DNA of 57,495 bases, counting the filler, from Bipalium vagum (Eukaryota): the NCBI GenBank assembly GCA_037834085.1. It is 3 parts of 3 records of this genome, joined end to end, with 100 filler letters (N's around TTAATTAATTAA, not from the genome) between each part and the next. Parts side by side here need not be neighbours in the genome. Positions count along the whole stretch, not along the records: positions 1 to 19,741 come from JBBMKC010268841.1; positions 19,842 to 37,475 come from JBBMKC010057893.1; 1 more part is not named here. One strand, written 5' to 3'. Position numbers and translations under genes: made by a program. A model generated the notes under the pieces. That model had not been told where the DNA came from and made no database searches. It was given only the letters and a program-made list of their open reading frames with translations. Positions 14,053-28,100 of the stretch are shown here, in pieces; position 1 is the stretch's first letter, and the number at the start of each line of letters is the position of its first letter.

Positions 14053-14429
14053 AATAGAATTGTATTCAGGTCATAATTTCACATGGTAGGGGACTCATTT
14101 TACATAAAATCATACTGAAATTATTATATTTAATAAATAAAATATATTCACATTTTAAAATATGTTTTATAACGATGAGCGAAACGTATAATATTTTGTA
14201 TATGTATTTATAGAAAGAGCGAAAATTGTTTAAGTTCACTTAAATAATTTATGTATTCAGGCACAGTCCACTATGAAAGCTGAAAGATAGTCAGTGCTCT
14301 GTATCGTGATTTTATTTTGGAAGAGTCACATAATTCTCCCCCCCCCCCTTTATTTATTTTGTGTACAAATAAATAATCTAAATTTTTAATTATTTTATGT
14401 AACTAATACAGTTGTTTTAATATTTGAAT

Positions 14430-14905
14430 CCGGGAATAATATCTAAATCAATTTTTATCACTTTTTCAAGAAGATCAATTAGAAATGTCCAAAAATTCGT
14501 TCTACCAACGTCTAAAATTGGAACATACAATCTACTTATAATAGAGCATGTCTTTCTTTTTTTAACAGACAGCGTCAAAAATCGTAATGATGAAAAATCA
14601 TAACGGTAGATGAGAAATGGATTCAATATGATTACTCGAAACGTAAAAAGTCAATGGTGTATCCTGGAAAAACATCAACATCGATCGTAAAGTCAAATAG
14701 TTTCGGGAAAAAAATAATGCTTTCCATTTGGAGGGATATTAAGAGTGCTATATATTATGAGCTGTTCGAAGTCGGCGATACAGTTATTGCCAGTCGCTAC
14801 AAAGACCGATTAATCCCGTTTAGTCAACATATGGAGTTAAAACTCCAGTTTAGTGGGAAAGAAAAACGACCTTTGATATTGTTGCATGACAACAAAATTA
14901 AATAA
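14430..14905 (+). mobile_element. Mariner transposase fragment
   Basis: DEKWIQYD...GKKIMLSIW...IYYELFEVGDTV...LILLHDN; its 3' half is duplicated at about 6505-6680. Confidence 0.85.
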
Positions 14906-15215
14906 TTTTATATCAGTCATAGAAATATAACTCAAAGGAAGCATTGGAAAACAATATCTCGGGAAAATTTTAAAAATTATTTAAAGAAAATTATTTTAAA
15001 ATGCGAATTCAGGAGAACTGAAAATACTTTTAAGCGAGTTCTTCCTGTGAAAGACGACAGGCCACAGAATGCACTAAAGCATTGAATAGACCAATGAAAC
15101 CATAATAATCGTCCAATAACGGATGCCTTAATCCAATGTAAAACATTAAAATTTGCTACATCTCTCAAAATATCTGATTGTAAAGCCAGTAATGGTGACT
15201 TGCAAAATTTCAAAA
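14732..15215 (+). repeat. Duplicate of about 6505-6990 (mariner/pogo junction)
   Basis: Long exact stretches shared, including the same junction between two unrelated TE fragments. Confidence 0.9.
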
Positions 15216-15699
15216 AAGAAAAGATATTGAAATCACCTAAAATTAGAAAAATTAAATCATTCATATAAGTGCCGTAAATCAAAAATAAGAGATGCTATGA
15301 GTACTGAGATGAAAATCAAAAATGTATTACATATGAATCGATAATCTTTCAGCGTTACTGTGACAGTTGTAATATAACATGTTTGAAATCGTTAAGAATC
15401 GATATAGTTGCAGAAATATTTTCTCAATCACTTATTATAATTTTTGAAAATCATATTTGTGATGAGATAAATGAGTTTTCATTTATATAAAACAAATATT
15501 TCACCTTTTTGTTAATAAGGAAATATGGGAACTTATTAATACAACAATATATACCTCCTATTTCATATTAAAAATGAAAAATTGTTAAAGTAGATTGGGA
15601 AATGTAAAATTTTTCTAACACAAAAGAAAATTTTATTATATTTAGAGTTTCATTAATTATACAAACCCCATTTTTAATAATCTTTTTGTAAGTCTATCT

Positions 15700-16641
15700 C
15701 TGAAAGTATGATATAGATTTCGTGATATTTCCCGTTTTTTCAGAATTTATCTGGTCAACTGCTTAAAATAATCTTTCCCGTAAACCTTTGCATTTTTAGT
15801 TGATTATTTGAATAAATAATATCTGGCAGAATTTTTCAAACATTTTCCAATAAATCAATATCGATAGATTTGAATGGCCACTCAATTATTTCGAAATCTT
15901 GTGTTTTAAAAACGGCCTTACACTTCCTGGCTACATGAATACTGTAATTATCTAGTACTATATAGATTTTCGGCTGAATATTTAAATTCATTATTGGCAC
16001 ACAAAATGATCTAATTGTAACAATATATGTATCAGCTTTTGTTTGCCTTCTAGAATTTTCAAACCAATAAAGCCATTGGCCATAAGCATCCATAAACCAC
16101 CAATCTCTCACCTTAACATTGTCTCCATACACGATTGAAATTTATTTTCTTTGGACTATATAATATAAGGTACATTTTATGCATTGTTATTACACAATTT
16201 ATTTACCAATTATCAAGACTGTTTAGAGTAAATACTTGTTCGTCTGTAAAAACTTTACTTTCCCATAGAATATGTTTATGAATATATGACGATATCGGCT
16301 GAACTCTTACTTTTCTATAGCTATGAGTCAATTGCACGTTTTATGCTTCTTTTTTATAATCATTTTTCTGTAACCAATTGTGTAAGGTTCTCCTTGAAAC
16401 TTTAAACAAATCTCATATAATATTATATTCGAGATCATCTTGACATCTTTAGAAATCTCACGGATTATATATCTTTTTAATATCAGTGACTTCCGTTTAT
16501 CTGTCAGAGCCTTTGATCCAGTTTTCTTCATTTTCTTTATTTTATATTTAACAATGCTTTGTAAAAGTGCCAAAAATATCGGTTAATCATAAATTAAGCG
16601 CTACTGTTTGCGTACAAGCTAAACTTGATCGTTTGATATAC
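15700..16641 (-). mobile_element. Degenerate Tc1-like DD34E element, copy B
   Basis: VLDNYSIH...WPFKSIDIDLLEN has 34 residues between D and E; HTH-like region at 16328-16573. Confidence 0.8.
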
Positions 16642-17795
16642 CAAGCGTTATCAAGTAAAATACAACTTGAGTCTCAAGTAAACCCTATCAAATGCAAATG
16701 GGACCTCCAAAAGAAAATGATTTAGATTTTTCAAATTTTTTTTTAATTGTGGATTCTAAAATTGATAAACAATTGATAGTTATCACCTGACTACCATCAT
16801 TAGTAGTTGGGATAATCAACAAAGATCAGGAAAACAAACAAGTGTTTTTTTATCACAATACCATGTCAATTAATACACAGTCAGATAACAATGAAATCAA
16901 TCATCAAGTTGTCAATCGATTAGTATTAATTCTGGTAGCAAAATAAAATCTGTACAATTTATATTAAGTCTCGTATCACTTATAATTGACAATTAGAAAT
17001 TTGAACGTTTTTCTTTAAAAAAAGATAAAAATCTGATAATTGAAGATAAAATTTGCGATTTGTTTTGTCACAATATAAAATAGTAGGACACACGGATTTA
17101 ACAATTATTTCTTAAATCTCTTGCTATCATTATTAAAACCGAGACTACCAATGCAGAAAACCATGTGCCAGATAGAGAGCAACTATTCAGTGGAACACAG
17201 AAACAGTTTAATAATTTCACAATTCTCAGAAGTTCCTCATTCTCCTCTATGACAATATCAAACTTCTTCATATAACGGATAAAACGATACATTTTATTTT
17301 TGAGCAGTTAATTCTTTTCTGATATTTTCTTTCTCATCTTAAACATTTGCGATTTTACCTTAAATTCAATTTTTCTTCTCTGATAAAGTGTATTAAAATG
17401 AAATTATTAGAAGCAAATTCACAATTTTTATTAAATTCAATCACAAAACTATGCAAAATTGCATTACACAAAACTAGAATCAAATTCATGTTATCGATAT
17501 ACCAAAATAAAAATTAGAAGGAAATATTCATTTTACAATTATTTCTCAAATCCTTAATAATTATAAAAATAGCCAATAATGCTAATACTAATAAATAATA
17601 TTAAAGATAATTAAAATTGATAATAATAATCAATGATAAAAATCGATAACTATAATCAATAAAATAACAATAATTTTAATAATCGATAAAAATAATATTG
17701 ATAATAATCAATTAAAATAATATAGAGAAATATTATTTGATAAAACCAAGTTAGAGAGCACAAAGAGAAAATTTATTACAAAACAAGAACACCGA

Positions 17796-18434
17796 TCAGT
17801 AGAGATTGGTCTTCTTCATAATTCTCAAGAACTCTTGCTCGTTGATTTCTCCGTCATTGTCGCGATCGGCCTCGTCGATCATTTCCTGGAGCTCTTCGTC
17901 CGTCAAATTCTCTCCGAGCTCTTTGGCAACGCGCTTTAAGTTTTTGAAGGAAATTTTCCCTGTTTCGTCGTCATCAAACAACTTGAATGCTTTCAATATT
18001 TCTTCCTTGGTGTCTTTTTCGGCCATTTTTTGTGTCATCATGCTGAGAAAATCGCTGAATTCAATGGTGCCTGGAAAATTGAAAATTGAGAATGTTTATT
18101 GGTGTCTTTCTTTACCTTTTCCTTCAATATCATAGTCGGCAATTAATTTCCGAACCTCTTCCTTCTTCGGTTCAAAGCCTAAAGCTCGCATTGCGACTTT
18201 CAACTCTTTGATATCGATCGTACCGGATCCATCGGAATCAAACAAATCGAAAGCTTCTCGTACTTCTTGCTTTTGTTCTTCTGTCAACTCTGGCCTATCA
18301 CCAGAACCGCCTTTCTTTTTCTGGTTTATTCCTCCACTTGTTACCTTTTTTAATGATGTCTAAAAATATTTTTACCGGTGAGATTTATTGTTAAGTTATG
18401 TTTTTGTCAGATATTAAGAACACCTTAGAAACAT
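17796..18434 (-). CDS. CETN2: Centrin (centrin-1/2, caltractin type); exons 18116-18359 and 17796-18070, start exon uncertain near 18424-18434
   Basis: [45 protein letters not shown] through [12 protein letters not shown]; four EF-hands; a 45-nt GT-AG intron at 18071-18115 restores the frame. Confidence 0.93.
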
Positions 18435-19741
18435 GATAAACAAATAGCAGTTTTAAACAAAAATTAAAACAACTTCTTAACTTAATAAAAAATTAAATTA
18501 TAAAATTTAAATGAATTTTTCGGGCATCACTTTTTAAAAAATTAATGAATTAGTAATTGCATTTCATAATGCTTAGGAGAATTTTTAATCTTTCTCAAAA
18601 ATTAAAGAAAATTTTTCTAAAAGAATAATTAGCTATAATTACGATCTTCATTTTAAAAAAAACTGAATTTATCTTTAAGTCATATTTTTAAAGATTATAA
18701 ATGAAACAGTATGATAAATGTAAAATATTAAATAAATTGTTTATCAAAGATATTTCTATTAATTAAGATTTTAGTGCACTAGATTTATAAAATCAGAATA
18801 TTTTTGTTTTACGACTAATACAAAAGCCAAACACAATTTTTATAATTAAATCATATATGATGTTTTACTTTATTTTATAGTGTTCTAAGTATAGAGACGC
18901 AACCCCCACAGTCCTAAAAATATGATGGCTCCAATTTAGCCAAAGTAATGAATGAATTTTTAAGGTATATACTCATGTAGAGACTATACACGAATCATTA
19001 AGGATGGTCATGAGAAATTATTTACATAAATTGTGGAGTTCTTCAAGGGAATTACTCATTCTTACCTTTGTATTTCTTCGTTTGCTCCTTCTTGCATAAT
19101 CTCCAGGTAATTTTAATTTGGATACACGCTCCTTTGATTACTATCTTCCTTCCACGCTCATTTCGTTGATGACTATTCTATCTTTGTTCTTCGGAAAATG
19201 TCTCTTTTAAGCCGACAAGTCAAAAATATCTGTCTGGTCTTTCACTGAGACGTTAATGATTAAGTTTCTCTGTACTCCAGCCTTCTCTTGCAATTCTACA
19301 TTTACCTTCACTTTGAAAATACCTATTAAAGTTTTGATTTCATTATATTATTTTATTATACAATGTCGTCCAAAAGTTTTGTCCACCCTGTAAATATCGA
19401 AATAATTGTAGATTACGAATTATATTAAAAGTTTTATGATTAGAACTATGTTAATTTAGAAATATGTTTATGTTAGCTTTTTTTTTAAAATTATTGTAAA
19501 AAATTATTGTATAATTATTAAAATAGATTTGTTATGTTAAGACGTTTTTAAAATTTTTGATGCCATTTAAATATATAAACTAAACTAATAAATATATATA
19601 TTAAGGATAAATTAAATTTTTAAATAAAATCTATATGTAGAACATTTTGCTAATGCCTAAGTATTTTTTTAATTTTAGAAATTCTTTTGTTAAATATGGC
19701 TAAGATATTCATAGATATTCGGAAACTGGTGATTAAGAAAT

Positions 19742-19841
19742 NNNNNNNNNNNNNNNNNNNNNNNNNNNNNNNNNNNNNNNNNNNNTTAATTAATTAANNN
19801 NNNNNNNNNNNNNNNNNNNNNNNNNNNNNNNNNNNNNNNNN
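19742..19841. other. Artificial scaffold-joining spacer
   Basis: 44 N + TTAATTAATTAA (stops in all six frames) + 44 N = exactly 100 bp; identical layout at 37476. Confidence 0.93.
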
Positions 19842-19935
19842 TTTTATCAAGAAACACTGATTTTACTAATGAAATACGACTGTCTATACAAAACAAAGTC
19901 GATTGCATTACTTTTGCAACAACCTAATAGAAATC

Positions 19936-20070
19936 NNNNNNNNNNNNNNNNNNNNNNNNNNNNNNNNNNNNNNNNNNNNNNNNNNNNNNNNNNNNNNNNN
20001 NNNNNNNNNNNNNNNNNNNNNNNNNNNNNNNNNNNNNNNNNNNNNNNNNNNNNNNNNNNNNNNNNNNNNN
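19936..20070. other. Ordinary assembly gap
   Basis: Run of 135 N. Confidence 0.95.
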
Positions 20071-21989
20071 TATTTATAAATATAATGGCGTAGTCTGTTT
20101 TTACCAAGGATGTTTATTGAAAAATGAGAGAAAATCAATAGCAGATGAGCGATATTGAATAATTTTTACTTATTATTTTTTCGCAAATAAATGAATTTTA
20201 TTTCTGTAAGTCCTGATTCCATTTAGAGTATTTTACATATATCAAAATTCGTGAAATAATTGATTTATTGCATTATGCAAGTTCGGTATTAGCATAATTT
20301 GAAAAAAATCCCCATATTTCTTGACCATCACTGTTACATCACTGATATCAAACTCATATCATCCTCTCTGGTATTTTGAAAATGTTGACTAAAACCAAGT
20401 TCAAATACTCAATATTTAACATCTGAAATTTAAATTGGAATTAGTGATGCTGTACAAAGACAGTTTTCTTAGACTCAAACTAATAAAGGGGAAAATCTAT
20501 TTTACATGGTTTGTTCAATGGGTAGATAGGATTACGTGAAGATATTCTATTTCATAAATTTTTATATTTATAAAAAGATGTAAATAAAACTGTTTTAAAT
20601 AATCGTAAATTACAATTGAACTGATACAACATCGAAGTTTGATCTGATTGGTGGTTGTGCAGAACAGGTATTTAAAAGAAAGTTTCGAAACAATGTAATT
20701 TAGTTTTGGAAATGAAGCCCCATAAAACTCAACAGGTAAAATTTAAGTTTGTGAATTTAAAAGGGAAAGACAGTCAGTAATGGGTGAAAAAATCCAAGGT
20801 CGACCTAAACAAATTTCTGACATTCTTTAAAAAAAACCCAATATCACTAGAAAACTGTAGGGTTAACATTAGAATATAAACTGTCCACTGCATTATCCGA
20901 GATCTTGGAGTGCACAGAAATTTCTAGACAATATTTATAAAAAGGTTTTAAACTCACTAAATGTTGAAAAATTATTTAATATAGTGCCGAAAAGAATTTA
21001 TAAACAGTTTGCGGTCATGGTAACAAAATTTTTCAAACACTATTTAACTTTCAAAGTCAAGAAAATCATTTGGAAAGTGGGAAACATTCAGAGTAAATAC
21101 CTTCAAAAATATTGATAAAAAATCATAGGAGGTCAATGATGTTATCAGTATTTTAAGACTTGGATAGAATAAAAATTGAGATTTGCACTGTAACCAATCA
21201 CTTATCAGTGTAACTCATTAATATGTCGAACATAAGCCCAATATAACAATACTATTTATAAGAGAACTAAGATAAATTTTTATTTAAAAAATCGATTTGG
21301 TTTATCAGGACATTTTAGAGCAAAGATGGTAATTGAATTTTTTACATTTAGTTTGTTAAAGAAAAAGTATTTCATTGGTGAAAATCGTTTAAAACAAATT
21401 ACCAATACTTATTTTCACAGAATTTATTAAGAAACCAACTAAATCGATGATGATCAGTATTCTTCCAAAACATTATTTAGCATAATCTGCAACAGTTTCA
21501 GACATCGAATTATAATTGAAAAAGTCACATGATTAATTACTTTCAGTGAGGGCAGTTAATTTTCAGAATGACTGACCACAATCTCCACCACCTTTCTTTA
21601 TCACCACGATAGCAATCATTACCCAATGTCATACATTTTTGCAGGTAGTTGCATTAGTTTTCCGGTTGTCGTTTTCATACAGTTTTCCTTTATACCAGAA
21701 GAATTTCATAACGAAACCATAAAATTCATTGGGGCGACTGGTGAAATTCATTTACTTTTCTTTCCATTTTCATTATCAAATTAATCATTAATGACAATTA
21801 TTTCCTTTATAATTGATTGTCCCTTAACTTTCATCATCAATCATTTTTTTCTCTTCAATTTAATTAATAAATTCAATTATTTATTTATATTTATATTATT
21901 TTTATATTATATTTTATATATTATCTTTAATTTTTAAATGTTTTTCTCCTTTCTGCTGATTTTATTGATTTGCCATAAAATTACTTCAG

Positions 21990-24900
21990 CCGGTATTGTC
22001 ACAAAAATCGACCAGTATCCCAACCTCTGTATCGACCAGCAATGATAGTCTAGCTTCTAAACCCAGCCAGCCACTTGCTTCCAGCTGTTCTTTGGAGGCC
22101 GAAAAGGAGTTGGAAAGCTTACTTCGATCTGAAAATGTGAACTTATGCAAACAATTGGAGAACAGTAATAAAATGGTCGAAGAAATGAAGTTGGTTTTTA
22201 AAATTTAGATTTCTGATAAAAATTGAACTCTTATTCAACATATCAACAAATCAATATTTTTTCTTAATTATCGAATAAAAATATTAATCGATAAGTGAAA
22301 TACAAATTTTACATTATATATGGACCACATAGTTCTAATTAATATTTATGTTATCTCTGTGACCATCACCATCGTGATCATTGTTTCAAAGGACATTTTC
22401 AAAGGTACTATAACCTTAACATCGAATCAGAGAAACATAAACGGATTTGTTTTTGGCTTGGTTATTCTATAATTTTTGTCTGATCAATCTAGTTCTTATG
22501 ACTCACTGAATTATTATAAGTTTTTCTTAATTGATAAATAATTGATAATTTTATGATAGTCTTATCAATGATTATTATTAATGATTTTATCAAATGAAGG
22601 GTTGATTCATTATTTTATTGTTTTGATTGACCAAGTCCAATATGTTCATCATAAAGATTATTTGATCATTTTTTATCGATTTTCTGTGATATGTTTAATT
22701 TCTTTTTCTTAAAGTATCCACAAATAAGGAAGACAAAGATACTTTTTTAAATGTCTGCATTTTGAAATTTTTTAACTCATTATTTTGTAATTAATTATTC
22801 ATTATACTGTATTGATTCTTTTTATTTAGAATCAAGCTAATATTTTTAGCAATCAAAATCAATTGATATTAGGATAATTTTGTAAAGATTTTTTGCGACA
22901 AAAATAATTTTCTTAACTTTTATATATTGATTATTCTAAGATTTTATTACAGTTGAATTTAATAATTGATGAATAATTATACTTTTATTAATTGAATAAA
23001 GATAATTGTTGATTTTATTGTTCTAATTGACTAAGCAAAAACTAACGTCACATTTAAATAGATTTTATCAAAAATCACTTAAATCATTGATTATTTTATT
23101 TTCTTGACATTATTTTTATTGTTTTTAAGAGGATATTATTTATAGAGGTTAAAATAAAATTTTTTCGAAAAATTACAAACCCCAAAAATATTTAAATTAC
23201 ACTTCAATTATTTTTTCAAAATAATTTAAGAGCTTTATCAGCTTTGGTATTAAATTTACGAGGCAATCTTTATAATAATAATAATAACAATAATAATAAT
23301 AAAAATAATCAGTATGTACTTTAAATCTGTGTATTTTATTATTTTGGAATTAATTGAACTACTAAATTCTCTTTCGAATTTCTGTGTCTGAAATTTCACC
23401 GGAAATTCATTTTTTTTTCAATTTTAAAAATATTTATGAATCTGAGCCAGCTATTATTGATTTTTTTGTTGCAATTTTTTATTAAGATATTTCAGCTTGT
23501 TTATTCGATTTTTTTCTTTTCAGAAAATGTGTGGTTGAGTATGAAAAAACGATTCAAGAATTGAAAGAAGTTCAAGACAATAAATGTTTAGAAAAAAATC
23601 AAACCATAAACAATTTAATCTGTGAACGAGATCAAGCGATTCAGGATCTCAGTACCATTGAAAAGGCATTTGGTGATCTGCAACGAAGATTTGAAAAATC
23701 AAAAGAAGTCGTCGAGAGCTTATACAAGGTTTATATTAAAATTAAATGAGAATCGTGTATGATGATAATTGTCTTTTTGTTATACATAGAATGAAGATGT
23801 TCTTAAAAAACACGCTGAAGATTTGAAAGAAGAGCTTCAGAAATCTGAGACCAAATACAACAATTTGAAAATTCTGACGGAACGCCGTATAAAAAAGTTA
23901 GATTTTTCTACAATTTTATAATTTTAATTAAATAATAATTTGAATAATATTGATAATAATAAAAACAATTAAATTCAAAGAAAATTATAAAAGAAGTAAA
24001 AGTAATAATTAAAGAAATAAAAAAATAACGATGAGAATGATATACAAAAATAAAAATTAAAAACATAATGATGAAGATAATAAACAGAAAAATTAAAAAA
24101 TGAAAAATAAAATTTTAATGAAAATAATAAAAATAATAATAAAAAAATTGATAACAATTAAAATATAAAAGGAAACAATAAATTAAGAATTAAAAAAATA
24201 AATAAAAATAATAACAAAAATATTAAAAAATATATAAAGAAAATATCTATGAAAAAAAATAATAGTGAAAAGAAAAGAAAAATATTAATAAATTAATAAT
24301 AAATTAATATAATATAATAATAAATAATAATAATTAAAAAAAATTAATAAATTTAAATAAAAATAATTTTAAAAAAGTAAAAAGGAGATAAAATAAAAAG
24401 AAATTAATGAATAAATTATTTCGGATGAAATCAGAAAATAATTCACGTGAAGTTGTGATCGTAAAATGAAATTGTCCGAAACTAATCAGCTTTGTTGATT
24501 AGTTGTTTTAATCTTTCTCTGGATTGTGCACTGCAGATCAATAATATTTATTTATTATTTTCGACATAATTGTGATTGTTGGAGTCATTTAAAAGAATTT
24601 CTTTCTATTGCTTTTTTATTTTTTTTCGTCCTCATTCAGGGCCAACGACGAGGTCGAAGCCATCAAGCGATCTAATGAATCGGAGATCGCCCGACTACAG
24701 GCTTTCGCTAAAAAGTCCGAGCTGAGAATTAGCAGTCTTGAAAAGCAGCTTAACCAAAAAGTGATTTTTGATCTCTGATTTTGTTTCGTTTTTGGTATTT
24801 AGAAAATTTTTTTAATCTTTCTAATCTGTCTGAACCAGTTTAGAAAAAAATCAAAACTTTCCAACAAAAAATAATTACATTACGTTTTTTATTGAATTAA

Positions 24901-24998
24901 TATCGATTTTTTTGCAGATTGAGGAAAATCACGAATTGACAAAAATATGTGACGAATTGATCTCGACATACAACAATTGTGATTCCACATCCGCTTGA
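21990..24998 (+). CDS. TACC: TACC-family coiled-coil protein, 3' exons: 21990-22189, 23524-23728, 23790-23896, 24640-24760, 24918-24998; 5' part not identified
   Basis: Phase-consistent GT-AG splicing gives MKKCVVEYEKTIQ...ERDQAIQDLSTIEKAFGDLQRRFEKSKEV...KNEDVLKK...ANDEVEAI...LEKQLNQKIEENHELTKICDELI, the TACC C-terminal signature. Confidence 0.9.
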
Positions 24999-25066
24999 TA
25001 TTGATTTTGTCGTTTTCCTTTTTCGCGTTTGTGACCGACCACGCTGCATCATTTTTTTCTTGTCGA

Positions 25067-25071
25067 TAATA

Positions 25072-25134
<63 letters not shown>

Positions 25135-25162
25135 CAATAATAATAATAATAAACAATAATAA
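25067..25162. repeat. (AAT)n microsatellite just downstream of the TACC stop
   Basis: Long AAT run; it explains the poly-I and poly-Y ORFs. Confidence 0.95.
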
Positions 25163-28100
25163 GATGTCAAAGGACATATACGTTGCTTTTGATTGATGGT
25201 TTGAACAGATCTTGGCTCCTTTGTGTAACACAGTTTTAAATGGAAGCACATTTTTTGACATGCTTATTTCAATAATATTTCACTATAAATTATTGATTTT
25301 CTTCACACGCTTTTTTTAAATTGTCCAGTTCGAAATTGAAGGACTTTTCGATCTTGGTAAGTTTGAATGAAATTTTTTTAAAAGAGATCATCAAATAAAA
25401 TTTTTTTATTATCAATTACGTTTTTTGTGTGGGCTTAGAGACTCATTTTTAATAAAGTTGGGATGTTATAAAATCATTTCTAATAATAATATTTAAAAAT
25501 CAAAGTGACTTGGAACAATTTTATTATCTCAAAGATGTTTTCTTACTTCAAAAAGGGAGGATTTAGTACATGTATTTAGTTCAAGAGAAATTAATACATT
25601 TAAGTTTACGTTTTAAATATTTATTAGCAGAAAATTTTCAAAGAATTTTGTAATCATTTTAAAAATGTGAGTATTAATACGAAATAATATTCTGTATTTA
25701 ATATCTAAATTTTCAATTTCTAAACTAATAGCACATTTTTAAGGTTTTCAGACTTATTAGAAGTAATATTTATTAATTGGAGGAGAGAAGGTCATTTTAG
25801 CAGAAAGATTTAATTAAAATGACATTTTTAAAATAAAATAGAAATAAATGTAATTAATAATAATTTTAGAATTATTTGAAGAAAATAATAATGGAAGTGA
25901 TAAAAAAGCACGATAGTTTTAAAAACTAATTAAATAATGGAAAATGTTAAATTTTGGCGATGGTTGGTGTATAAGCTAATGTCACATTGTTTAGTCAAAT
26001 TTCAATCTTAGGTCAGTGAAAATTAAGAACCTAATTGCAATTCATCAGGAAAACCAATGCAACAATTGTTACATTTGACAAAAAAATCACAATAAAGTTA
26101 AAAAATATCATGTCAAGAGTCATCGAAATATAAATGAACTGCCAAAACCAAGTTACAAGTTATTTGATTATGAATTATAAAGTGATGAATGGGTCTTGTG
26201 ATTTATATATATATAGTCGAATTTTCCCATATAGGATTGCTTGGCATCGGATTTTATATTCATCTTAAGCAAGCTATTTAATGTAACCAATTTTTCCTTG
26301 GTGTTAATGATTAAGAATCATATCATGATTGTATGGCATTTCTGAATACATTCTCATTGAGTTCTAAGCTTTTTTCATCTACAAACTCAAGACATAATTA
26401 TATCACAGATGTACTAAGAAAGGTGATCAATTAAGCATGAAAGATAAGATACTGTAAATTATACAGAATAATGTATAGTCTATGTGAAAAGGTTTGATGC
26501 AAATTAATCAATCTATAAAACCGTAATTTCCTAATAATTTTCTGTTGTTCAATTTACTTTTTTCAACTCGAATCAATGTGTATTAGAGAACAAAATTCAA
26601 ACAGAAATTGTTAAGAGTTTCTAAAAATATAATTAAAATATGAAATTAACTTGATAAATATATCTATAAACCTATATCTTATGGTATCAAAATCAAAACT
26701 TTCAAGTTTGAAAGTAGAGGTAGAATCTTTAAAGACGTGGTCATCAATCTTCACATTTAAATAAGGAAAACTCAGACCAAGAAAAAATCAAGAGGAAGTA
26801 ATGTTTGCATGAGAAATTGAGAAACATAATCATGAAAGAATTAAGAAAAAGAAGAAAGACGGCTAGAAAACTAACAAGTTTCAGGAAGAATATTATGATC
26901 TGGTAATTTTGATTACAAGAATTGACAGTTTTTTATTTTGTATGATAAAATATAAGAGCGTTAAAGTGCATGATTTTATAGACAAAACAATATACATATA
27001 TAAGTCAACATTGGCCAATATAAGAATAAAAGAAAAAATTAAAGAGGCGATCAAAAATCTTGAAAACAAACTTAAGTTCCTAAATATGAAAATCTGTTTC
27101 AAGATACATAGGTTAGAATTTGATCAAAGAGCTATGAAGGAATTGCAAGGAAACTGAATGTCAGTATTCATTTTATAGTGCATAGTATCATAATGCGTAT
27201 GGATGTACAATTTGATGAACATAACCTTAAACAAAGGGCTTTATTAAATGGATCAGGAACAAAGTCCTATACAAAAGGAAAGCAAGATACAACACAAACT
27301 TAAAAATCGGGTAAAAAGTTACTAAAATACGAAATGTAAGACAGAAAAGTAAGAGATATGACTTACAGTACGAATTTGCTCAGAAAAGGCATAAGTAAAT
27401 ATGCGTATATAAACGAACATTGAGAAGAAGATTAAAAGAAATGTTGAGAAAATAAAAAATAATTGGGAGAAGGTAAAAGAGAATTGATAATCGTATGGGG
27501 GTAATAATTTAATTTGTTTAAAGCATTTCTTTTTGCTGTTTAATAAATAAAATCATGGGTTTCTTATATCTTGATATTGATACAGATTGAGTTGCGAAAA
27601 TCAAAAAATAATTATCATTATCATTAGAGGACTTTCTCAAGAAAGTCTAATATGAATTCCATAATTCTGACTGTTTCACTTGTTCTAATGTTTAACATGT
27701 TCTTCCGATTTATTTTTATAAATATGATAACTGTAAAGGTTTTATTCATACGAAAATATATTTTCGAAGAAAACAACTAATTATAATTTTTCAATTTATT
27801 TGTTTAATTTAATAAAGTCTTATCATCGCTACTAGATTCTTTCTATTAAATTCACAGTTCATTTACGGCTCACCGAAGCGGACAAATTCCATTTTTAGCT
27901 TAGAGTTGAAACTTTCTATTGAGCATTTCCTCAATAAACAAGAATAATTGAAGGAAATATTAATTCTCATTTTTTATATATATTTTTTACTGATTAGGTA
28001 AAATATAAAAATAAACTCATTGATAAATTGAAAGACATACTCATTATATGATGAAAATAATGTCTAACAGATTTTCTTTTTTCTCTTTGTTTTTGAGTTA

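Noticed and set aside
19847-20138. ORFs containing X runs
   Set aside because: They span an N gap.
17796-24998. Divergent centrin-TACC pair as a centrosome gene cluster
   Set aside because: An artificial spacer lies between them, so the adjacency is unsupported.
24889-25261. Poly-Ile and poly-Tyr ORFs
   Set aside because: Translations of the AAT microsatellite antisense to TACC.
26400-27560. Purine-rich coding-like stretch, possibly a LINE relic
   Set aside because: No diagnostic motif found.
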